In this document: positions 51,221 to 63,088 of the stretch, in pieces | How the letters are laid out: every line of letters starts with the position of its first letter | How positions within the stretch are numbered: the first letter of the stretch is position 1 | Assembly (NCBI RefSeq): GCF_036365525.1 | Contig: NW_027141846.1 | Span: 1 to 64,000 of the forward strand | From: Heterodontus francisci | Lineage: Eukaryota | Direction of reading: 5' to 3' | Length of the DNA: 64,000 nucleotides | Position numbers and translations under genes: made by a program | Notes under the pieces: generated by a model | Told to the model about the DNA's origin: nothing | Database searches by the model: none | What the model saw: the letters and a program-made list of their open reading frames with translations, nothing else

Positions 51221-52760
51221 AAAAGAAAAGAAAAAATGCATTTATATAGGGCCTTTCACAAACTTCAGGGCTTCCCAAAATGTTACGCGCCCAATGAAGT
51301 GCTTTTTGAAGTACTGTCGTAATGTAGGAAGTGCAGCAGCCATTTTGGTGCACAGCACGATCCCACAAAAAGCAATCTGATAATGACCGGATAATCTGTT
51401 TGTTGTGATGTTGATCGAGGGATAAACATTGGCCAGGACACCGGGGAGAACTCCCCCGCTTCAAATAGTGCCATGGGATCATTTACGGCCAACCGAGGGG
51501 GCAGACGGGGTTTCGGTTTAATGTCTTATCCAAAGGACGGCACCTCTGACAGTGCGGCACTCCCTCAGTACTGCACAACGAGTGTCAGCCTAGATTTTTG
51601 TGCTCAAGTCTCTGGGGTGAACAAAGAACAGTACAGCACAGGAACAGGCCATTCGGCCCTCCAAGCCTGCGCCGATCTTGATGCCTGCCGAAACTAACAC
51701 CTTCTGCACTTCTGGGGACCGTATCCCTCTATTCCCATCCTATTCATGTATTTGTCAAGATGTCTCTTAAACGTTGCTATCGTACCTGCTTCCACCACCT
51801 CCCCCGGCAGCAAGTGCCAGGCACTCACCACCCTCTGTGTAAAGAACTTGCCTCGCACATCCCCTCTAAACTTTGCCCCTCTCACCTTAAACCTATGTCC
51901 CCTAGTAACTGACTCTTCCACCCTGGGAAAAAGCTTCTGACTATCCACTCTGTCCATGCCGCTCATAACTTTGTAAACCTCTATCATGTCGCCCCTCCAC
52001 CTCCGTCGTTCCAGTGAAAACAATCGGAGTTTATCCAACCTCTCCTCATAGTTAATGCCCTCCAGACCAGGCAACCTCCTGGTAAACCTCTTCTGTACCC
52101 TCTCCAAAGCCTCCACGTCCTTCTGGTAGTGTGGCGACCAGAATTGCATGCAATATTCTAAGTGTGGTCTAACTAAAGTTCTGTACAGCTGCAGCATGAC
52201 TTGCCAATTTTTATACTCTATGCCCCGACCGATGAAGGCAAGCATGCCGTATGCCTTCTTGACTACCTTATCCACCTGCGTTGCCACTTTCAGTGACCTG
52301 TGGACCTGTACGCCCAGATCTCTCTGCCTGTCAATACTCCTAAGGGTTCTGCCATTTACTGTATACTTCCCACCTGCATTAGACCTTCCAAAATGCATAA
52401 CCTCACATTTTTCCGGATTAAACTCCAACTGCCATTTCTCCGCCCAAGTCTCCAACCGATCTATATCCTGCTGTATCCTCTGACAATCCTCATCACTGTC
52501 CGCAACTCCACCAACCTTTGTGTCGTCCGCAAACTTACTAATCAGACCAGCTACATTTTCCTCCAAATCATTTATATATACTACAAAGAGCAAAGGTCCC
52601 AGCACTGATCCCTGCGGAACACCACTAGTCACATCCCTCCATTCAGAAAAGCACCCTTCCACTGCTACCCTCTGTCTTCTGTGACTGAGCCAGTTCTGAC
52701 TTGAACCCACAACCTTCTGACTCGGGAGCGAGAGTGCTACCCACTGAGCCACAGCTGACT
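51221..52760 (-). mobile_element. Deu-domain-type SINE split by a CR1 insertion (head 52698-52760, body 51221-51619)
   Basis: Head gtcagctgtggctcagtgggtagcac...gggttcaagtc; body resumes caccccagagacttgagcaca. Collinear with the uninterrupted copy at 61795-62145. Confidence 0.82.
51620..52697 (-). mobile_element. CR1 LINE, 5'-truncated, with uninterrupted RT C-terminal frame, nested in a SINE
   Basis: ORF 51694..52752 contains [35 protein letters not shown] with no stops over about 330 codons. Its first ~18 codons come from the flanking SINE head. Confidence 0.92.
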
Positions 52761-52931
52761 GAAAGGGAGGGCGGGGAAGGGGAGGGGGTGGTGTTAGAGG
52801 CTGCCAGGAGTATTGAGCTGGGTCACAGTGTGATCACAATATGCCTGAGGAGAAGGGAAAGTTTTGACAAATGGTCTCAGCCACTCATGGTTTAGTGACT
52901 GAATCAGACAGGGGTTCCCAGTAAAGTCCAA

Positions 52932-53555
52932 GGGCTGGATTTTCGAGCCCCACTGATGTTGAGAATGAAGGCTGACAGGGCCTCAAAGTTCTGAGGCTGG
53001 CCAGTGTGCCTGTTTCCCAACTTCCTTCCCAACAGCGGCTGTTTTGGCTGACACGGGTTTGGAGCCTGGGATGGCCCCCATGAGGAGGGCAGGTAATTAG
53101 GCTTGTTAAGAGCCTTGTTGAGCAGGGATTAAGGAGGCTGTCTGGGATTTTCCAATCAGCCTCCAGTTCCCCGACACTGCCTGGAAGTGGGCACCCAGTG
53201 GCAGGCTGGGGTACTGGCACTCCATGCAGGCCTACAGACCCTCCCTGTCAACCTGGTTGAGGGTACAACCAAAGGCTGCCCCTGTAAAAGGGGCACCCCA
53301 TCCACACCACGCACACTTTTTAAAAAGGGGCTGAGAGGGCACCTTCTTGTTGAGGCACCCTCTCAGTTACTTACCTTGTACTGCAGTTGGGTGCTTATCT
53401 GAAGCTGCAGGCCCTCTGATTGACCCTCCAGCTTCGAGAGCCCGCCTGCTGTCCTTAATTGGTCAGGGAACCTGTCTCAATGCCAAGTCAGGGCTCATCC
53501 AGATGAAAATATTGACTTTAATCACATTCCAGTCTCTGTGGGGAAAATTCAGCCC
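52932..53555. mobile_element. MITE, PIF/Harbinger-like
   Basis: 13-bp TIRs gggctggattttc / gaaaattcagccc (12/13 match). 3-bp direct repeat caa on both sides. No coding capacity. Confidence 0.6.
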
Positions 53556-53747
53556 CAAGTCTGTGAGAGACAGGTGACGTCGGGTCGGAGCTCAGCTTTG
53601 ATGCCTGCCATGGCCAAATAGCCTGCTATTGCTTACTGTCTGAGGTCACACATACAATCTGGGCAATTGGAATCTGGTCATATATTCTACCCCAATGCAT
53701 ATTACTGTTTTTGGTGGCTGGGAGTTAAACAGGAACTGGGATAAATC

Positions 53748-56110
53748 TACAGTTATACAGTGAGTGACCCTTATCCTGCTGAATAAACAGTGACTCTGTA
53801 CAGTTACACAGTGAGTGACCCTTACCCTGCTGAATAAACAGTCACTGTATAGTTACACAGTGAGTGATCCTTACCCTGCTGAATAAACAGTGACTCTGTA
53901 CAGTTACACAGTGAGTGATCCTTACCCTGCTGAATAAACAGTGACTCTGTACAGTTACACAGTGAGTGACCCTTACCCTGCTGAATAAACAGTCACTGTA
54001 TAGTTACACAGTGAGTGATCCTTACCCTGCTGAATAAACAGTGACTCTGTACAGTTACACAGTGAGTGACCCTTACCCTGCTGAATAAACAGTCACTGTA
54101 TAGTTACACAGTGAGTGATCCTTACCCTGCTGAATAAACAGTGACTCTGTACAGTTACACAGTGAGTGATCCTTACCCTGCTGAATAAACAGTGACTCTG
54201 TACAGTTACACAGTGAGTAACCCTTACCCTGCTGAATAAACAGTGACTCTGTACAGTTACACAGTGAGTGACCCTTACCCTGCTGAATAAACAGTGACTC
54301 TGTACAGTTACACAGTGAGTGATCCTTACCCTGCTGAATAAACAGTGACTCTGTACAGTTACACAGTGAGTGATCCTTACCCTGCTGAATAAACAGTGAC
54401 TCTGTACAGTTACACAGTGAGTGACCCTTACCCTGCTGAATAAACAGTGACTCTGTACAGTTACACAGTGAGTGATCCTCACCCTGAATAAACATTCACT
54501 CTGTACAGTTACACAGTGAGTGACCCTCACCCTGAGTAAACAGTCACTCTGTACAGTTACACAGTGAGTGATCCTTACCCTGCTGAATAAACAGTGACTC
54601 TGTACAGTTACACAGTGAGTGATCCTTACCCTGCTGAATAAACAGTGACTCTGTACAGTTACACAGTGAGTGATCCTTACCCTGCTGAATAAACAGTGAC
54701 TCTGTACAGTTATACAGTGAGTGATCCTTACCCTGCTGAATAAACAGTGACTCTGTACAGTTACACAGTGAGTGACCCTTACCCTGCTGAATAAACAGTG
54801 ACTCTGTACAGTTACACAGTGAGTGATCCTCACCCTGAATAAACATTCACTCTGTACAGTTACACAGTGAGTGACCCTCACCCTGAATAAACATTCACTC
54901 TGTACAGTTACACAGTGAGTGACCCTCACCCTGAATAAACATTCACTCTGTACAGTTACACAGTGAGTGACCCTCACCCTGAATAAACAGTGACTCTGTA
55001 CAGTTACACAGTGAGTGATCCTTACCCTGCTGAATAAACAGTGACTCTGTACAGTTATACAGTGAGTGATCCTTACCCTGCTGAATAAACAGTGACTCTG
55101 TACAGTTACACAGTGAGTGACCCTTACCCTGCTGAATAAACAGTGACTCTGTACAGTTACACAGTGAGTGATCCTTACCCTGCTGAATAAACAGTGACTC
55201 TGTACAGTTACACAGTGAGTGACCCTTACCGAACATCATGGGACAGGACGCTCTGGAAGTGGTTCAAAAGTTCACCTACCTAGGCTCAACTATCACCAGT
55301 AACCTGTCTCTCGATGCAGAAATCAACAAGCGCATGGGAAAGGCTTCCTCTGCTATGTCCAGACTGGCCAAGAGAGTGTGGGAAAATGGTGCACTGACAC
55401 AGAACACAAAAGTCCAAGTGTATCAAGCCTGTGTCCTCAGTACCTTGCTCTACGGCAGCGAGACCTGGACAACGTACGTCAGCCAAGAGCGACGTCTCAA
55501 TTCATTCCATCTTCGCTGCCTCCGGAGGATCCTTGGCATCAGGTGGCAGGACCGTATCTCCAACACAGAAGTCCTCGAGGCGGCCAACATCCCCAGCATA
55601 AGCCAGCGTCGCTTGAGATGGCTTGGCCATGTGAGCCGCATGGAAGATGGCAGGATCCCCAAGGACACATTGTACAGCGAGCTCGTCACTGGTATCAGAC
55701 CCACCGACCGTCCATGTCTCTGCCTTAAAGATGTCTGCAAATGCAACATGAAGTCCTGTGACATTGATCACAAGTCATGGGAGTCAGTTGCCAGCGATCG
55801 CCTGAGCTGGCAGGCAGCCATAAAGGCGGGGCTAAAGCGTGGCGAGTCGAAGAGACTTAGCAGTTGGCAGGAAAAAAGACAGAAGCGCAAGGGGAGAGCC
55901 AACTGTGTAACAGCCCCGACAACCAATTTTATCTGCAGCACCTGTGGAAGAGCCTGTCACTCTAGAATTGGCCTTTATAGCCACTCCAGGCGCTGCTTCA
56001 CAAACCACTGACCACCTCCAGGCGCTTACCCATTGTCTCTCGAGACAAGGAGGCCAAAGAAGAAGAAGAAGATCCTTACCCTGCTGAATAAACAGTGACT
56101 CTGAACAGTT
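53748..56110. repeat. 51-bp minisatellite, ~29-30 units (48/49-bp variants), HHIPL intron 1; last unit separated by the RTE insertion
   Basis: Unit gtgagtgatccttaccctgctgaataaacagtgactctgtacagttacaca, head-to-tail with no spacers. Explains the 17-aa repeat ORFs. Confidence 0.96.
55231..56070 (+). mobile_element. 5'-truncated RTE copy with (GAA)n tail, inserted in a minisatellite
   Basis: ORF 55238..56011 is nearly identical to 1127..1816. Tail is ccaaagaagaagaagaa. Flanked by gacccttacc (55221-55230) and gatccttacc (56071-56080). Confidence 0.9.
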
Positions 56111-57504
56111 AGCATGTCTCTACTTATTACAGAAGTTTGTGGTGCCTGCTGTTTTGATGTGTGTTTTTCTCTCAATTTTTGTTCCATTTTTCGCAGTATG
56201 GAACTATCTCTGAAGAGTTAATTTTTTATTTCCGGTAGAATATGATTCATTTTAGAAATATAGGATAAGGTTAAAAAAAAACCCACCTCAATCCCTCAAA
56301 AATGCATCTTTGCTTCAGTCTGAAGCATGTGGTGAAACTTCATTACATTTTCCGTTAGCCTGGGGGGGAGTGAGTGTACTGGAGGAAGGCTGAGTCAGTG
56401 CCTGCAGGAATCTCTCTGTATGAAGATATTCTGAAGTAGAACGAAAGTGGCAAAGGAACCCTGGTGAGGGGGAGGGGTGGTGGAGAGATGGGCATGGGGT
56501 AGGGACAGGAGGAGGCCATTCAGCCCCTCGAGCCTGTCCCGCTATTAAATGAGATCATGGCTGATCTGTGACCGAACTCCATATACCCGCCTTTACCTCA
56601 TATCCCTTTTAATACCTTTGGTTAACAAAAATCTATCACTTTCATGGTGCAGCGGAGCTGGGAGATCATGGACAAGCGGTTGGGGGTGGGGGGGGGGTGG
56701 TGTGTGTGTGTGTGGGCTGGAGCAATGGGGAGGGTTTGACATGATGGGTGGAGTGCTGAGCATAGGAATGGGGGGGGCGGGGGGGGGAGGAGGGGAGGGT
56801 GATTGGTGGTTTGGAGTGGGCATGGCGAGTCAATGGATTCCAGCATCTCCTCGCCAACCCAGGCAGAGAGTTGCTGTACAACAACAACAACAACTTATAT
56901 AGCACCTTTAACATAGTGAAATGTCCCAAGGTTCTTTGCAGGAGAAAGCAGTGTGTGACACCGAGCCACACAAGGAGATATCAGGACAGGTGGGCAGAAA
57001 GCTCGGTGAGAGAGAGAGAGGGGTGGAGGGAAGTTTAGGCACAGCAAGTTGAACAGCTCAGCACTGGGGTGCCACGTTCCATCTCTGGTCCATACGGAGC
57101 TCGGGGATGGGTGGAGTGACTGTTACAAATAGGGTTCCACACCCTCGGAATAGAGGCGGTGGAAGAGAGACACCCAAGCACCCTTCAAATAATTAACCAG
57201 CAAGATCAGCACCTTCAAGAGTAGGGAATGGGCAGAAACACTGAGCTGAAACAATTTGTGTGTGCATGTGAGTGGGGTGGGGGTGGGGGTGGGGGTGGGG
57301 GCAGAGGAGGGAAGAGGTCCTCATTATCAGGATCCTGATTAAAGAGGGAATGCCACAATTAATTCTTTGACCTCCCAACCAGCTCCGTACTTTGCACTGC
57401 TAAGTGCTGGGGGGTACCTTTCTCCCCGGAGAAGCTAACTGCCCACTCCTGCACCCCCATAACCCACCCCACAGACCGACGGATCTGCATTGTAAAGAAA
57501 CTCC

Positions 57505-58325
57505 CAGTCCTCAATCCCAAAATCCTCAATCCCAAAATCCTCAATCCCAATCAGAAATTCCCAATCCTATTCCAAAATCAAAAATCCCCAATCCAAAATC
57601 CCAATCAGAATTTCCCCAACTCAATCCGAAATCCCCAATCCCAATCACCACCCCAAAATGAATCCCAATCCAAAATTCACTGTCAGAAACTAACAATGGC
57701 AAATCCCAATCAGAAATCCCACAAACCAATTGCCCGCAAACAGAAACTCTTAAAATAAATCCCAATCCGAAACCCTGCCAATCAAAATCCTCAATCCCAA
57801 TCCGACACACCTCAGTAAGAAATCCACCAACCCCAAAGAGAAACCCACCCCCCAATCCCAAATGTAGCCCAATGAGAAATTACAAACCTAATTGTTTGCG
57901 GCACACTGGCACAGTGGTTAGCACCGCAGCCTCACAGCTCCAGGGACCCGGGTTCAATTCTGGGTACTGCCTGTGTGGAGTTTGCAAGTTCTCCCTGTGT
58001 CTGCGTGGGTTTCCTCCGGGTGCTCCGGTTTCCTCCCACAAAACAAAAAGACTTGCAGGTTGGTAGGTAAATTGGCCATTAAAAATTGCCCCTAGTATAG
58101 GTAGGAGAACATAGGGACAGGTGGGGATGTGGTAGGGAATATGGGGTTAGTGTAGGATTAGTATAAATGGGTGGTTGATGGTCGGCACAAACTCGGTGGG
58201 CCGAAGGGCCTGTTTCAGTGCTGTATCTCTAAACTAATTCAATATTCACAATCAAACCACCCCCGACCAAACCCCAAATCCCCCAATCAGAGACTCCAAT
58301 CCCAAACCCTAAAGCAGAACCCCAC
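57505..58325. repeat. Low-complexity (AATCCC-like) repeat, split by a SINE
   Basis: Recurrent aatccca/aaatccc motifs at 57505-57870 and 58245-58325. Confidence 0.7.
57898..58237 (+). mobile_element. V-domain SINE copy in HHIPL intron 1
   Basis: Same family. Confidence 0.85.
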
Positions 58326-58364
58326 CACCCCCCCCCCCCCCCATATTATTTAAAGCCATCTTAC

Positions 58365-58631
58365 CTGACACAGGAGTTCATGGATGTACTTTGCACAGAC
58401 AGAGATTCCCGAGTGATGGAAGTAGCTGAGGATGTGCTGGTATCTCCGAGCAATGTTAGAGTCCATGCGGGAGTCGCAGCACCCGAAGGATGAATACATG
58501 GAGCAGAATGACAGGGGTTCAGAGGGTTTAAACGGAGGCTTGAAGTCCAGGCACTGAGGGTGAGAAGCAGCAGTTGGCATCTGAACAGAAATGACCAGAA
58601 TGAGCAAGCTGCCCTTGACGGAAAGATTCAT
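58365..58631 (-). CDS. HHIPL1: HHIP-like protein exon 1 (signal peptide + Cys-rich domain start)
   Basis: ATG at 58631. Encodes MNLSVKGSLLILVISVQMPTAASHPQCLDFKPPFKP...HELLCQ. Donor CAG|gtaaga. Confidence 0.9.
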
Positions 58632-59879
58632 CCTGCCTAGCAAAGTTCATTGGGACTTAAAACCTCATTAAAGTGTCTGGAAAGTGTACGTCTCTGTCCC
58701 TCCTTCTGATGTGGTATCTACTTGCTTGTCTGTCTCTGGTTATTTCTCGCTCCCTAACTTTGTTTTTTTCTCTCCTCGTCTGTGCCTTTCTCTTCCTCTC
58801 TACCTGGTTTCTATTTCTTCTCTCTTGTGCCTGTGTGTGTTTGTCTTTCTCCCTCTTTGTCTGCTTTCTCTCTCTTTGTGTGTCTCTCCTGTCTCTCTGT
58901 GTGTGGCTCTCTCTTTCTCCTGTGCCTGCAGGGCTGTGTGTTGATCCTGTACAGGGAGGAGGGTGGGGGGGGGGGGGGGGGGGGTGTTCCTTTTTGCGGA
59001 CACGTGTCTTCAGTTTAGTTTGATCCAAGTTGTAGTCTGTGAGTGAAGGGGACTGCACTCGTTGTGAAAGAGGCTCAGAGAAGGAGGGAGGACAAAGAGA
59101 AAGGGACGCTGAGTGGGAGGGTGCGTGTGGGACTATGGTCAAGCAAAACCAAACAAGCCAGGAGAGAGAGAGAGAGAGAAACACAAAAAGATAAATCTCA
59201 AGTGACAGAAATAGCCAGCATCATGAGTTTAATGTAAGGAATTGTATTGACTGACTTTATTTCATTGTATATGCTGGTGTGTAGAAGCAGAGACTGACGG
59301 TGCTACTTGTGTGTGTTCAACCGATTCACGCCATGCAGTAAAATGAAAAGCAATTAGCACGGAGCATTTAGTCCTCGCTGCTGAACTGTGAGGAGGACCC
59401 TGCTTGCTTGCTTGCTGAATCCTGTCTCCAACAGTTAGGCTCAGGTTGGACTCTGGGATGCCTTTAACACCCAGCAGTCAAAAACAAACACCAGCTCACT
59501 CGAAAGTACAAATGGTTCAGTTCAAAGAAGGGAAAACCTGAGACTTCATAGAACCATACAGCAACGGAGGAGGCCATTCGGCCCATCCTGCCCCTGTTGG
59601 CCTTTTGAAAGAGCTATCCAATTAGTCCCCACAGGCCCCCCCTGCCCCTTCCCCCATAGCCCTGCAAATCTTTCCCCTTTAACTATTTATCCAATTCCCT
59701 TTTGAAAGTTACTATTCAATCTGCTTCCACCGCCCTTTCAAGCAGCGCCTCCCAGATCACAACTCACTGTGTAAAATCCATTTCTCCTCATCTCCCTCAT
59801 GGGGTTTTTTGGCAATTATTTTAAATCGGTGTTCTCTACTTACCGACCCTCCTGTCAAGTGAAAACAGTTTCCTCCCAC

Positions 59880-60780
59880 CAAGAGGCGTAGAATATAAAA
59901 GTTGAGGGGTAGTGGTGATGCTACATAACACCTTCATGTGGCCACAGTTGACGGACTGTCCGCATCTTTGGCCTCCGCATTACAAGGAGGATGTTGAAGA
60001 ACTAGTGAGAGTATCGCACAGATTCACTAAGACGCTGCCTGGTGTGTGGAAACAAAAATACAAAGAAAATTCTGAGCACCGCACCATAAGGAAGGATATA
60101 TTGGCCTTGGAGGGAGTACAGGGCAGATTTACCAGAATGAAACTTGGACTCCAAGGGTTAAATTACGAGGAGAGATTGCACAAACTAGGATTGTATCCCT
60201 GGAATTTAGAAGGTGATTTGATCTGCGTTCTCAAGATATTAAGGGCAACTGATAGAGAGAAAGCTATCTACCCTATTTCCACTGGTTGGGGAGTCTAGGA
60301 CTAGGGGGCAGAGTCTCAAAATTAGAGACAGACCTTTCAGGAGTGAAATTAGGAAACACTTCTACACATGTGTTAACCAAAGGTATTAAGGGATATTGGG
60401 CAAAGGCTTGTATTTGGAGTTAGGTTGCAGATCAGTCATGTTCTCATCGAATGGCAGAACAGGCTTGAGGGGCTGAATGGCCTTCTCCCATTGCTAAATT
60501 CTGATGTAAATTGGGGCTGCTTTGTATCAGAACAGAGGAGAATAAGAGGTGGTTAGATAAAGGTGTTTAAAATTATGAAGGAATGAGACAGAATAGGTAG
60601 AAACAAACGGTTTCCAATGATTGGAGGGTCCAGAGCAAAATGATATAGATAATCAGATTAATAATAAAGTGGGAGAAATCTTTTTACACAAAGGGTTGAG
60701 AGGCTGAGGAATTCGCGACTGCATTTGTAATTTGACGAGAGACTGCCAACATTTAAAAATGGGTTAGATATTACAAAGTA
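59880..60780 (+). mobile_element. Nested decayed CR1 3' fragments
   Basis: IRKDILALEGVQGRFTRM..GLQGLNYEERLHKLGLY inside an older CR1 remnant. Confidence 0.7.
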
Positions 60781-61234
60781 TTAATGACACGGAACAGGCC
60801 ATTCGGCCCACTGGTCCATGCTGGTGTTTATGCTCCACATGAGTGTCCTCCCACTCCCTCTTTATCTCATCCTATCAACATATCCTTCTATTCCTTTCTC
60901 CTTCGTGTACTGATCGAATTTCTATGGATTAATTTTTATGGCAAACCATCTTTCATCATTTTACAGTATTTGTGCGGTTGGTTTTGTTATCTGATCCCGT
61001 GGAATTTACGGACGAGCTCTGAAGCGTACAGAATCCCTGAGAGAGCAACTTCAGAGGTTAATGCACATTCCGTCTCCCAACCCTGGAACTCCGAGATCCC
61101 GTGCCTTCAATATTGCTCATGCCCACTTACCGCGATCATTACACAGACTCCTGTGCGGATCTGCGGAGAGCTCACCGTTTGAGAGCGGGATAGTTCTGTT
61201 GTCAAGGCGAGGGTTAAGGGGTTTATCAAGTTAT

Positions 61235-61603
61235 GGGCGGCACAGTGGTACAGTGGTTAGCACCGCAGCCTCACAGCTCCAGCGACCTGGGTTCAATTCT
61301 GGTACTGCCTGTGCGGAGTTTGCAAGTTCTCCCTGTGTCTGCGTGGGTTTCCTCCGGGTGCTCCGGTTTCCTCCCACATGCCAAAGACTTGCAGGTTGGT
61401 AGGTAAATTGGCCATTATAAATTGCCCCTAGTATAGGTAGGTGGTAGGGAAATATATAGGGACAGGTGGGGATGTGGTAGGAATATGGAATTAGTGTAGG
61501 ATTAGTAGAAATGGGTGGTTGATGGTCGGCACAGACTCGGTGGGCCGAAGGGCCTGTTTCAGTGCTGTATCTATAAACTAAAACTAAACTAAACTAAAAC
61601 TAA
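61235..61603 (+). mobile_element. Full-length V-domain SINE copy
   Basis: Same family, with an (aaact)n tail. Confidence 0.87.
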
Positions 61604-61794
61604 GTAGCAGCAGTGAGTCAACAGAAAGAACTGGAGAGGAAGTAAGATGTTTATAAGACAGGAGCTCGTATATCTCGGCATTATCGAATCCCTGAGCTGG
61701 TTTCTGCAAGATGAGAAAGGCACAATAGCCTTTGAAATGTTCGTTGAGTTTAAGATACTGGCTATTCTTGTCAGATTGCAACAATAACTAAGGT

Positions 61795-62145
61795 ATCAGT
61801 TGTGGTCCAATGGGTAGACACGCTCACCTCCGAGTCAGAAGCTTGTGGGTTTAAGCCCCACTCCAGAGACTTGAGCACATAATCCATGCTGACAGTCAGT
61901 GCAGCACTCCCTCAGTACTGCAACTGGTCAGAGGTGCCGTGTTTCAGATGAGATGTTGAACTGAGGCCCTCTCAGGTGGATTTAAAAGAACCCATGGTGC
62001 TATTTTGAAGAAGAGCAGGGGAGTTTTCCCCGGGGTCCTGACCAATATTTATCCCTCAACCAACATCACAAAAACAGATCTGGTCATTATCACCTTTTTG
62101 TGTGCAAATTGGCCGAAGCCCGATATTACAACAGTGACTACATTT
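61795..62145 (+). mobile_element. Deu-domain-type SINE copy
   Basis: Head plus body. Confidence 0.75.
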
Positions 62146-62558
62146 CTAAGACTACCTGTCTTATAAACTGGTTACTTCCACTCGAAATCCTTCTGTTGAC
62201 TTAATGCAAGGCATTTTGAAGGGGTAAGGCACTATATAAATTGACTTTCTTCACTCTTTGACTCTCGCCTACCCCCATCACAGACTGTGGTCTGCAGCCA
62301 CTGAGCTTTCACTGACTTTCACAGACATTATTTATCAAAGCTTCACTTCTGATTGTCTAATGTATCTGGATATTGAAAGTAAGCTTTGCCTCTGGCAGAG
62401 TATGAACAGACCCTCTGTATGAACACTGGCAAGAACTCAGACACATCAACAAAAAAGCACCTGGTTTCACATGGCTTCTATGCAAAGATTTCGGAGGTAT
62501 CTTTGTTTTGTGGTCTGACAGCACCTCTCCCTTTTTCAGGGACCAAGGGCAGGTAGGG

Positions 62559-63088
62559 NNNNNNNNNNNNNNNNNNNNNNNNNNNNNNNNNNNNNNNNNN
62601 NNNNNNNNNNNNNNNNNNNNNNNNNNNNNNNNNNNNNNNNNNNNNNNNNNNNNNNNNNNNNNNNNNNNNNNNNNNNNNNNNNNNNNNNNNNNNNNNNNNN
62701 NNNNNNNNNNNNNNNNNNNNNNNNNNNNNNNNNNNNNNNNNNNNNNNNNNNNNNNNNNNNNNNNNNNNNNNNNNNNNNNNNNNNNNNNNNNNNNNNNNNN
62801 NNNNNNNNNNNNNNNNNNNNNNNNNNNNNNNNNNNNNNNNNNNNNNNNNNNNNNNNNNNNNNNNNNNNNNNNNNNNNNNNNNNNNNNNNNNNNNNNNNNN
62901 NNNNNNNNNNNNNNNNNNNNNNNNNNNNNNNNNNNNNNNNNNNNNNNNNNNNNNNNNNNNNNNNNNNNNNNNNNNNNNNNNNNNNNNNNNNNNNNNNNNN
63001 NNNNNNNNNNNNNNNNNNNNNNNNNNNNNNNNNNNNNNNNNNNNNNNNNNNNNNNNNNNNNNNNNNNNNNNNNNNNNNNNNNNNNNNN
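62559..63088. other. Assembly gap (530 N)
   Basis: Run of n. Confidence 1.

Noticed and set aside
51694-52752. Reverse transcriptase ORF as a retron/DGR or domesticated gene
   Set aside because: Standard 5'-truncated CR1 ORF2 with its own 3' UTR, lacking the endonuclease and N-terminal RT motifs. Homologous decayed copies are scattered through the window.
54073-55239. Long Cys/His-rich repeat ORFs (e.g. 294 aa)
   Set aside because: By-product of the 51/48-bp units being multiples of 3. No start or splice context.
57273-57301. (GGGGGT)n G-quadruplex candidate in HHIPL intron 1
   Set aside because: G-runs are pervasive in this window, and nothing singles this one out.
61235-61305. tRNA genes at A/B-box-containing segments
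   Set aside because: Each continues into a SINE body and tail, and I could not fold a full cloverleaf.
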